A stretch of 64,000 bases of DNA from Octopus bimaculoides (lineage: Eukaryota): NCBI RefSeq assembly GCF_001194135.2, contig NC_068982.1, positions 153,630,371-153,694,370 of the forward strand. Reading direction: 5' to 3'. This document shows positions 53,700 to 64,000 of this stretch, in pieces (within the stretch, counting starts at the first letter, position 1; every line of letters starts with the position of its first letter). Made by a program: the position numbers and the translations under genes. The notes beneath the pieces were generated by a model. That model worked only from the letters and a program-made list of their open reading frames with translations, did not search any database and was not told the origin of the DNA.

Positions 53700-54660
53700 C
53701 TTTATTAGGGTTTTGAACCGAGGGTTCTTCATCAGACTTTTTAAATCCATATTTTCTTCTCTTTCTTGATGGTGGCTGGTTTTTCGCTCTTTCACAATTA
53801 AAAATCCTGGTAGCAGTAGACGTATTTACACGCATCCAGTTCATTACGGTGGTTCAGGCTAGGTGCTTGCTTCCTAATAAAGTGTAATTTTGTTATACTG
53901 CAGCTAATTACATCCCCTTCCCTCGCTAGTGTGCGGGTAGAGAAATACCCATTCATGATGCTGGAACACGGTGCTGGGGGGGGGGGCGCTTTGTACAGTG
54001 TTCGCTCAACCCAAAGTAAAAATGTCTCCTGGTCGAACCTATTTATGCTGCTCCGCAGGAGTATGACACTGGGTACGTGTCGGATTTGAAACAGCCGGGC
54101 GTTGTCCGATGGTTTAATTGTTTGGATTGGACATTAGTTAAGGCAGCATGCGTCAAGTATGTTGTTGGTGTGTGTGAGCATATGGTCCCATATCGTGATT
54201 CTGACAGGTTGGTCAAATCTCCTGATGCCTTGTTTTAGTTGGTACACTAACATTTCCCCCGTTGTATGGGAGATTAACGTAGACCCAGTGTTTATTCTTC
54301 TTCCTATCGGTCTACTCTCTTCTGGTCGTTTACAGTTCCAATTTCTGTGGCACCACTCCAGTAATTGTCAATACTGATGCCGTTCATCTTCAGCACCATT
54401 TCGGTCGATGAATCTTGCTTTTATTGCTGCAGTAAAAATGAAACGCAAATTATTACAGTAGCAGTGCTCGCATTCACTATAACCAAAGAGAGTGCGAAAC
54501 ATTCGGTTTCTTTCAGGTATCGCTTGCCGAAAATCGGTTGCTCCCTGTGGTGAAGTGAATTTTGAATTTTCTTTCCGTATTTTGACTCGCGTAAGGGATG
54601 CGCCACAATGCAGACTGGAATAGTGGTGCCATCAACTCTAACCTCATAACAATGCATGCA
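53700..54660 (-). mobile_element. Penelope-like element 3' part (RT thumb, GIY-YIG, 3' end with hammerhead remnant)
   Basis: Minus strand reads LKMNG; VYVNLPYNGE; SCGAA*IGSTRRHFYFGLSEH (53998-54061); FIRKQAPSLN (~53852-53880); then CTGATGA-A-GAACC-ctc-GGTTC-AAAAC (53711-53735). Confidence 0.8.
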
Positions 54661-56699
54661 TTCGAGCCTCCTTCAACACGACAACTTTATTTTTTTTTTA
54701 CAAAGAACAAAATGGTAATCGTTGCTAGCGTAGTAATGACCTTCACGTGAAAGAGTGGTTTCTTTTAATCGAGCGTCAAGCGCGTTTTCCATAATTGCAT
54801 TACTTATTTCTCCGTGACTTTATGTTTCCTAAATGAAATCATTTTTCAGAGGTCACCATTCAACAAGGTCAGTGAAATTCATACGGATTTACGGGTATTA
54901 TTGAATATACTTTAAGCATCCTCCAGTTTTTCTGAAAAGTGTCTGAGTCTTGGAACACTTGCTGGCTTTCTAGATACGTTCGCAATTGGACGACTTCGAA
55001 GAGATTAGCAACTGATTAGAAATACTACTGGAAATACATTATTTCGTGCACCGCCGGTATACACTTTTAGGGCTTTCGAGAATTTTCCCATTGTCACCAC
55101 TTTTATGCCCATATGTGTTGTGTGTCTTCGCATATGTTTAGAATCTTGAGTTTGAAAAGAAATGTGTTTGCATTGGAAGAAATATGTGCACACTCACACA
55201 CACAAACGTATACACATACGCACACTTACTATAGACATTTTTTTTCATATTCTCTTTCTTCTTGAATATTAAAAAAAAAATATGTGTTCTACTCAATTAA
55301 GATTCTCTTCAAAATGACAAAAGATACACAACAAATACTGTTAGGGTGAAATTACGTTGAACCATACATACCCCTCTGTGCAATTAGAATATTAAAAGAA
55401 CAGAGCATCTCGTCGGATGACCGTTGACAATGGCAGTTAAATTATTATCAAAATAATTGAAAGCTACAAAAGAGAAGATATGCAACAGTTACGAATTTGA
55501 TCAGAAGTCATTTCTCTAATGTTGTGTGAGAATTCAATAAAGGAAAGCTTTGTTCATATCTTGGTCATTCAATATATTGGTGCCAGAAATATTTGGATGG
55601 CCGTCATATGAAACGTTACCCATTCTCGTTAAGACACCGAAAATAATGTAAAACAAGCAAGTAAAACTATCAAATCATCTGACGGGAAAAAAGTTCGTTC
55701 ATTTCGTCTTTTAAACAGCGTTTACTTCGTATTCTTCGTATTTTTGTTTGTTTTATTTCAGTATTATTATTATCATTCTTTTGTAGAACTGCGATCTTTT
55801 ATATGAGGTCGATATATTAACCATGATCCGTTGGTCAAAGGACAGTTCTCTATCGCTTTCTTCTTTTTCATTATCGTTTAGAGTAGTATTTTTTCTATTT
55901 CTATACTGATTTTTTGTTTTGTTTTTCATCCACACATCAAGAGTTTCCCATACAAATGTTCCATTCCACCGTTCATATACCAGCCGAGCCTCGTTCTTTA
56001 TTATACCAGATCCATCCATCCATATATCCATCCAATCCTTTATCCATCCATCCATCCATGTAGCCATCCTTCCTTGTATCCTTCCATCCACTCTCTGCCC
56101 ATCCAACCATTCATTCATTTATCAATCCATCTAGTCACCTTCTCTTGCATCTCTACGTCCACCACTTATTTGCCTGTCTTCCAGCCATTTGTCCATTCAC
56201 TTCTATACACCGATTCCTATTTTTACATGATTATCCATTTGATAATTTATCCAGTCGTAGGGGCTGTGCGGAGCGGGTTGAAATGAGACCTGTTTAAGAA
56301 AAGCAACAACAGCAGCAGCACAGAAGCAACAAAGAAGGGGCAGCAATAGCAACAACACCAGAAAACTAATAAATAAATAAACAAATAAATAAATAAATAA
56401 ATAAATTATTTCTGAATGGAAATCATATTAATTGATTACTATTTGGCCATATTTATTGATTTATTTAAATGAGTGACAAGAAATAACTCCTCACCTGCTA
56501 CTCCTTTACATCAGGAGTACTGGGACAACTCTGAAAATAAATTGTAAAAGAAAAAGCATTTGATAAAAATGATGCCAATATTTGTATAACTGCCGTGTAT
56601 GGCGGATCTCGTTTCCGTTGGAAGTAAAATAATTTTATACAAAATCCAACGATTTTCGCTTTTTTATATTGCCGTTACCATTTAAACAATTCCGGAGAA

Positions 56700-56910
56700 C
56701 AAAATAATTGTTCCTATTTGTTTTCTATTATATTTATTGTTGTTGTTATATTATTATCATCACCCTCACCGTCATCATTATCATCTACATTAGTATTGTT
56801 ATTGTTGTTTTCCTTCTGCTCATTATTATTATTGTTATTATTACTATTATTGTTACTGTCGGTGTTGTTATTGTTGTTGTTATTTATTATCATTATTCTT
56901 ATTCTTATTC

Positions 56911-56965
<55 letters not shown>

Positions 56966-56970
56966 GATTA

Positions 56971-57013
<43 letters not shown>

Positions 57014-57045
57014 CATTATTATTATTATTATTGTTGTTGTTATTT
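56700..57045. repeat. long (TTA)n-type microsatellite
   Basis: Directly visible. Confidence 0.95.
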
Positions 57046-57049
57046 CTAT

Positions 57050-57459
57050 TTTCAATTTATTCGGAAAGCATATCTTTATTGTGTTCTTGCACTGCACTAC
57101 CGGACGCAACTCTGTATACCTTGGAGTGGTTTTGTTGCTTCTATTGTATCAAATCTCTCTTCATAGAAGAGCTGTATATTGTATGTAGTTCATAATTGTA
57201 AGTACTGGGGTCGAGTTACGCATTTGTTTCCATGAAGATTTAATCATTCTTAATGTACCTATTATTATAGGTATTTTACTTTTTCTAGCTCCATTATTGG
57301 AGCCGTCCCCATTTTCATTTTCATTCAATTAGGAGGTCTTTACTTGTCTTGGAGATAGGTCACGTTCTCTTTATATTTATGTGCATGTGCCAGAATATGG
57401 TTGCTTAATCAATCTCTGAAGCTTTTTCCGATGTACAACCTGCTAATTATTTCCTACCC

Positions 57460-57460
<1 letters not shown>
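57050..57460 (-). mobile_element. older REL-type (R4/Dong-like) LINE 3' fragment
   Basis: Minus strand reads KDLLIE...W; IPIIIGTLRMIK...IQ*. Its 3' UTR (CACTACCGGACGCAACTCTGT) is homologous to 57530-57560. Confidence 0.65.
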
Positions 57461-57496
<36 letters not shown>

Positions 57497-57918
57497 GTTC
57501 AGTAGTTTTATTTTTATAACGTGCTTTCACTTCACTACCGAGCGCAGCTCTGTGCGCCTTGGGTATGTGCTGTGGTTTGCTGTGGTGCTTTTATGTTTAC
57601 TGTATTGAAAGTGTTTTGCGTAGAATGTGTGCAGTACCCAGTAGTGCAATTTTCTGTATGTTACATATATTTGTAAGTCCTGGTATTTTTGTTATGTATT
57701 TGTCTGAGTATTTTTTTATTATACCTCAGGCACCTACTATGATAGGAATTGTTTCTGTTTTTAGACTCCACATTCGAGTTATCTCTATTTCCAGGTCTTT
57801 GTATTTTGAAAGTTTTTCNNNNNNNNNNNNNNNNNNNNNNNNNNNNNNNNNNNNNNNNNNNAGAAAGCATTTTTTTCCTTCATGATCTTTGACAACTATA
57901 TCTGGTCTATTTTCCTTA
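57497..57918 (-). mobile_element. REL-type (R4/Dong-like) LINE 3' fragment inserted in a (TAA)n array
   Basis: Minus strand reads IKENRPDIVVKDHEGKKCF [gap] KLSKYKDLEIEITRMWSLKTETIPIIVGA*GIIKK...IQKIALLGTAHILRKTLSIQ* (stop at 57597-57599). (TAT)n lies on both sides. Confidence 0.9.
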
Positions 57919-57966
<48 letters not shown>

Positions 57967-58115
57967 GAGTGAGAGAGCAGTGCATGCCATCAAAGTGACA
58001 CTGGGGTAAAATATACGAAGCCCATTATACCCATCATGACTACCCGTCTGATAAGGGTACACCAGGTACATGCATCACAACCATATGTGCGCGACATGGT
58101 GATCTCATATCAAGA
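57967..58115 (-). mobile_element. third retroelement 3' end abutting the (TAA)n array
   Basis: A mixed-composition block starts sharply after (TAT)n at 57919-57966. No coding motif is visible. Confidence 0.45.
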
Positions 58116-59519
58116 GAAAAAGGCGTTGTTGTTTTAAAACTGAAATTTTCAGATTTTCGAGAAGGAAACAATTTTGCAAGCCCAAAGCTCCTTCTCTACA
58201 ACTGCGAAAAGCAACAGAAAACAATGCTAATACAATATATCCAGCAACCACAATATTGACAGCAAAAGCAACAAAACACCAAGAAAAATATCAACTCACC
58301 GCCGAAGAAACAGGAAGAGTCAGTTGTTTTCAACTTTAGAGAAATATTTCTCTCGCCTTCTTTTCCGATCTATATCACCAATTAAGATTGGGAGGCATAA
58401 TTGTACGCAATCTGGAGATGCCATGAAAGAAATACCACTTGTGTAACACTCTCACGTCACTAAATATTGATATGATAGGCCATCAGTTACACCAAATCTG
58501 TGAACCCCAGCAGCTGCGTTATGTATTGAGAACTACCATATACACACGTCTATTACTTGGCTGAGATTAGGCGGCGGGGTCATCCTTTTCTAAATATGAC
58601 CTGAAGGTAGTACTTGGTGCTGCCATCATAACTGATATTTTTATTATCCACTAGGGGCTAACGCAGATGGGACATTACAATCTGAGTGGTCAGATACAAC
58701 AAAATGAGATTACATAAAAATGCGCTTAAAAATTAAATATAATGCATGCAACGAATGATAACAACACAATAGACAACACAGTTAGAGTGGTGTTTGGGTT
58801 CAGCCCCGACCCCACGAGCCCCTATTCACCTCTGTTACCCGTAAGACACGTTTTTGGCATATTGACAGGGTTACAACCACTCGCAACACTCATGCTACAT
58901 ATTTCCATCTTTCGTTAAACATTTTCTCCGAAAGACACTTCTTCTCCAGCCTCCGTCTTCAAGTTAGAGCGATAGGCATCTAACATTTCAAATCATAATG
59001 CAGGGGAATTTTAAAGAATGAGTGAAGAGGAAGGCCAATAGATGTAAGTGGAGGAATAAGTAGATGGCGCGTAGAATGTGCGCGGAGTGTTGAACCAAGG
59101 AAGGACAGAAGTGGTAGGAGAGTCAGACCATGAAGAGAGATTGATCAAAGTTTTAATAGAAGTAAAAGTCGAAGTGGAGAGTCGGGAGATGAGTAGGAAT
59201 GGGTCGGATGAGTAGTATTGTGATGGGTGGTCGTTGTTATTGAGTTTGATAACATATATTAATAGTTATGGATGGTGAGGCAATAGAACTGAGAAAGAGA
59301 AATTGGTACAGTGAGAGAAGGGAGAGACAAGTATCAAAATGAAAGGAAGGGATATAGCTGTAGATGCCAGTAGTGTGGTAATGGGGGAATTCGAAGAATA
59401 AAGATGGGTGGGCGGTGGAGGGAGGGTACTGAAGTAAGTAAAAAGCTAAGGCAGTAAATAGAGAGAGGAGGACAGAGAGGGAGAAAGGGAGAGATAGGAT
59501 GGTTGCAAAGGTATGAGTT

Positions 59520-60115
59520 AGGTAGGAGATTGTGTATGTAAGTTGCTAGAGAGGTAGATAATTTAGAAGTTTGATTGGAAAAAAAATTCAATAGTACTTG
59601 ATACCGGTGCTTGAAATCGACAGTGCTGCCAATGTAAACCCTTGCCAGGTAGTAGCATGGTGTTACAACCCAGCACTTGTGAATTACATTTTTGCGTAGA
59701 CTCCAACATCCAGCGGGACAGATTTGAGACACTTAAGAATTGCAGGTTTTTCTACCTGCACTGGGGTTGGAATGATCTCTGGAAAAAGTCTGGTTCGTAT
59801 GATCAGTATCCACCAAAGAAGTATGGTAGGTATTATTACCGCTGTCGGGCTGGGAGGGAGTGTTACTGCTGCTATATATGGTCGTATTGGTAGTAGTGGA
59901 GTTTCTAGAATTATTGCTATTAGGTGCGTTGTGTGGAGTTCAGGGTGATTTGTCGTAGTCTAAAGTCAGGCGGTGAATTTCGCGTCTATTAGAGAAAGCA
60001 ATTATGGATCCTGATTTTGGCGTGGTGGTGGAAGAGATTTTAATAGAGGGTTTATTGAAGATAGACTATTTATATTGTGGTGGAAAACTGGAGTTTAGGA
60101 TTTTAAAGAAAATAT
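59520..60115 (-). mobile_element. Penelope-like element, RT C-terminal linker plus GIY-YIG remnant
   Basis: Minus strand reads FFKILNSSFPPQYK*SIFNKPSIKISSTTTP (homologous to 41600-41720), CP.GC..KNVIHKC.V...VYIGSTVDFKHRY...STSLATYIHNL. Confidence 0.85.
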
Positions 60116-61530
60116 ATATCGGTATGCCAGTATATACATATATTGACTATAAACTCCCATACAGAATCTAATTTTCCTAACGTTTGCTCTTATATCATAA
60201 AGTATTGCTCATTCAGTCATTCTTGTCATCCGGTCATCAACAGCCGTGAATCTATTCAGTCATCTTTAGCGTCAATTTCTGCTTTTCTTCTTGTATATAC
60301 TTATATTCTATAATATTTTATAATTTTATTGATCCGTTTTCTCTTTCCCAATCGCTTCATTCTAAATGAAGTTGTGAATGAAAACCTCATTTCACTCCAT
60401 TAAAGTCAAAGTATTTATCGTTTATCTTCATCTTAGTTCCACAATTTTATCATTTTACTTGCTTAGTAAGCAACTTTATATTCCCAGCCGCCTGTACGGG
60501 TAAATGTGTTATGACAATACATTAATCTTACTGTATTGCAATGCCGTGAGTTTCAACGCAAAGTGGTAATGAATATGGCACCACCCATCCATCCGAGTTT
60601 ATTCATCTAACGCTGAACACTGACCAGATTTACTGCAGATCACTCCATATACACTTGCTCTTACTTTTACGGTTTGACTTTCTAGCTGAAGGGTTAAACT
60701 GTCGTATGCGTTCTCCGATATCAGTAAGATTTTTCTTTTTTTTTATATTTTCCTTCTGAAACTGCATACTACGATCGTTAGTAGGAAACTACTAGCTTAT
60801 GGAAACTTGCCAACTTAGCAAAGAGTTTCTTTGTAAACAGTTAAATATGATTTATAAATGACTAGGTCAAGTTCTGTTATCTTTAGCGACATAAAATGTC
60901 ACACTACCTCTTTATATGTATATCGCACTCTTTATCTTTCTTCTTTTTCTGTCTTCTGCTTTATTCATTTTCTCTTTTTCGATCTCGCTTTGTCTCCTAC
61001 CCTCTTTTACTTATTTATAAGGGATAGCGCGACACTAAATCTCCTCTATTCCATATTTAAAGCTGAACTCTCCTTGCTATAAAGAATATAATAAAAATAA
61101 TGTAAATACTCTTCAGAACGTAAAAACGCTTATCTACATATATATTTTGAAAATATATTACATAAAGATATATTTAAAGAATAGGAAGAGCTTGTGGAAG
61201 TATGGAGAGCTATATAACCTGTAATAGAAAGGATTATCATAATTGACTAAATAAATATATGTGTGTGCATACGTACACGCATACATGCATACATACATAC
61301 ATACATACATGCATACATGCATACTTTCATACGTACATACATACATACATACATACATACATGCATACATAATTATTGGTACATATTGTATCGTGCCCGA
61401 GATGCACGAAGGTCTAAATGTAAACCCAGAATGCCGTGGCGTAAAAATCAAGTCTCGACATAAAATATCAGTTTCAGTTTCAATCAATTATACATACACA
61501 CACATACACAGATACACACACACACACACA

Positions 61531-61610
<80 letters not shown>

Positions 61611-62298
61611 NNNNNNNNNNNNNNNNNNNNNNNNNNNNNNNNNNNNNNNNNNNNNNNNNNNNNNNNNNNNNNNNNNNNNNNNNNNNNNNNNNNNNNNNNN
61701 NNNNNNNNNNNNNNNNNNNNNNNNNNNNNNNNNNNNNNNNNNNNNNNNNNNNNNNNNNNNNNNNNNNNNNNNNNNNNNNNNNNNNNNNNNNNNNNNNNNN
61801 NNNNNNNNNNNNNNNNNNNNNNNNNNNNNNNNNNNNNNNNNNNNNNNNNNNNNNNNNNNNNNNNNNNNNNNNNNNNNNNNNNNNNNNNNNNNNNNNNNNN
61901 NNNNNNNNNNNNNNNNNNNNNNNNNNNNNNNNNNNNNNNNNNNNNNNNNNNNNNNNNNNNNNNNNNNNNNNNNNNNNNNNNNNNNNNNNNNNNNNNNNNN
62001 NNNNNNNNNNNNNNNNNNNNNNNNNNNNNNNNNNNNNNNNNNNNNNNNNNNNNNNNNNNNNNNNNNNNNNNNNNNNNNNNNNNNNNNNNNNNNNNNNNNN
62101 NNNNNNNNNNNNNNNNNNNNNNNNNNNNNNNNTATATATATATATATATATATATGGTAAGGGATAGGGATTATCCCTGTGTGGTGAGTTGTAATGCAAA
62201 ATATATGTATATATAAAATAAAGGAAGAAAAGTGCACACAGTTTACATAGTTTTAATATATTTGTTAATATATTTTATAAGTGAAAGAGTATTGTGTT

Positions 62299-62331
62299 TC
62301 TCGACCGATTTCGCTTTCACTAATCATGGTA
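62299..62331 (-). ncRNA. minimal hammerhead-like motif with A3-U8 core (left arm)
   Basis: Minus strand reads TACC-ATGATTA-GT-GAAA-GC-GAAAT-CG-GTC/GAGA. GAAA is intact and stem I is degraded. Confidence 0.5.
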
Positions 62332-62816
62332 TTGAAATTATTGTTATTTCGTATTTTCTTAAGAAGATTTTACTCCATGTTGTGTATGGGGAGTTTGTGA
62401 ATAAAATGAAGCAAGAAGTAGAAAAATCTGTCCAGTTTTCCCTGCCTACTAGCGCAAAGAAATAATTTCTGTACAGGAACGTTTAAATAAAGAAAAATAT
62501 TTTATTGAAAAATACAGAGCACGCTTAAATATGAACGCATAACCAACTTTCATCTCAGTACATATTTTAATTCATGTTCACATACACATCACTCTAAATA
62601 TTTCATCTCACTATTTTAGTTTTTGAGTTTTTGTATATTAATTTACCCATTCCCCAGAAACTGAGTAACCACCTTCCCTGTCCCGAATAATAAAGATCAC
62701 CAATTATCTCCCCTTAGATTCTTCTACTTGTTTATCCCTTCCTTTCATTGACAAACTCTCATACACAACATAAACTAAAATCTTCTTAAGAAAATACAAA
62801 ATTACAATAATTTCAA

Positions 62817-62849
62817 TGTCATGATTAGCGAAAGCGGAACCGGTCGACA
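62817..62849 (+). ncRNA. minimal hammerhead-like motif with A3-U8 core (right arm)
   Basis: TGTC-ATGATTA-GC-GAAA-GC-GGAAC-CG-GTC/GACA. Perfect 4-bp stem I, GNRA-capped stem II, palindrome ACCGGT, GUC triplet. A13 is changed to G. Confidence 0.6.
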
Positions 62850-62949
62850 AACACAGTACTCTTTCACTTGTAAAATATATTAAACACATATTAAAACTAC
62901 GTAAACTGTAAGCATTTACCTTCTTTTATTTTACATATATATTTCCTTT

Positions 62950-63535
62950 ACTCTGTCATCTTTCTTTCTGCTAGCTTGTGTTTCTTCCTTTCTTCCTGGA
63001 ATCAGGACGAATCAGACGTATTCTTGCCTGTCTCCTGAACAAGCTTGCTTCTTCACGTTCGCTACCTCACTTCGTTTAGGCTCAGCAGCTGTTCTTGTTT
63101 GCTTTCACTGTCCAGTTTTTGTTACCAGTTCTGACCTTCTGCAAAATCCCAAATTTTATTTAATTTGCCTTGCGGGAACAACTGCTTTATCGAAGGCGTA
63201 TCGTGTCGTGAAATGCTCGAAATACGGACTAGAAAAACAGCCGACAACTGATGAAGAGTCGTTCTTTATGTTGCGTGTCTTCTTTTCCATTTGTTTCCTT
63301 CGTTGTCCGCAAAAAAGATCATATTCCATTTATTCGCATTTCGCATACCAGATTTTCGTATTTTTTGTTGTTTACCTTCTGTGACGTCCTGTGCCCATAT
63401 ATGCATATGTATATACGTATATATGTAAGTATGTACATATACGTATGTATATATGCATATATATATTATTTATATTATTATATGAGTGAACGCCAAACAT
63501 CCATTTCCAAGTAAGTTTTATCTATCTAAATATAT
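62950..63535 (+). mobile_element. unclassified dispersed repeat (copy 3)
   Basis: Colinear with 9330-10480. Confidence 0.8.
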
Positions 63536-63544
63536 ATACATGGT

Positions 63545-63560
63545 ATTACTACTACTATTA

Positions 63561-63613
<53 letters not shown>

Positions 63614-63775
63614 TACTCCGGGTCATTTTTGGACTAAAACGGGTTTGAAGTTGTATCTGCTGACTTTGTACATCAATTGTAAATCTAGAGATAACTTCAT
63701 GTGCTTGTACATCCGTGAACCTATGAACGTGCTTGTGTATATAGAGTAGTAGTAGTGGTGGTGGTGTTGGTGATG

Positions 63776-63824
<49 letters not shown>

Positions 63825-63831
63825 CAGCTGC

Positions 63832-63868
<37 letters not shown>

Positions 63869-63965
63869 ATGGTAGTGGCGGCGGCGGTTGCGGCGGTTGC
63901 GGCGGTTTCGGCGGCGGTGGCGGTGGCGTCCGCGGTGGTTTCAGTGGCGGTGGTAGTGCCGTGGG
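63545..63965. repeat. (TAG)n / (GGT/GGC)n microsatellites
   Basis: Directly visible. Confidence 0.9.
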
Positions 63966-64000
63966 TTTAATGGGTTGTATTTATTGTGGTGATGTTGGTA

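Larger units (their letters stand above)
62200..62945. repeat. long inverted repeat, ~230-bp arms (62200-62430 / 62716-62945)
   Basis: Arms are diverged reverse complements. The ORF track also shows the duplicated peptides LIYFISERVLC.../LIYFTSERVLC... on opposite strands. Confidence 0.9.

Noticed and set aside
57360-57460. Minus-strand 'RLYIGKSF' as a GIY-YIG motif
   Set aside because: The adjacent sequence is explained better by the REL LINE C-terminus colinear with 57497-57918.
63215-63260. Type-II hammerhead reading of GCTC-GAAA...CTGATGA-A-GAG (also 49735-49775 minus)
   Set aside because: Stem II pairs, but no stem III or NUH triplet can be formed in any of the three copies.

Overview
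AT-rich, gap-riddled eukaryotic draft sequence. The N-runs are mostly flanked by (TA)n. The SINE repertoire suggests an octopus/cephalopod genome (inference from recall, not from a search). I found no recognisable host protein-coding gene, rRNA, true tRNA or CRISPR array, and almost all long ORFs in the track are microsatellite or gap artefacts. The window is a mosaic of: at least 4 tRNA-headed SINE families; decayed LINEs (CR1-group, RTE, Tx1-like, and REL/Dong-like elements stacked in TAA arrays); three Tc1/mariner remnants; several Penelope-like element (PLE) fragments; and long inverted repeats. The main hidden signal is a set of about a dozen minimal type-I hammerhead-ribozyme (HHR) motifs with palindromic stem III, several sitting at PLE ends. 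One looks intact (15849-15894, minus). One lies in a pseudo-LTR downstream of a tRNA-like Pol III head (16521-16766). A pair at 62.3/62.8 kb carries a compensated A3-U8 core (AUGAUUA) in place of C3-G8, and two weaker remnants show the U3-A8 swap. All structures were read by eye; no folding or database search was run.
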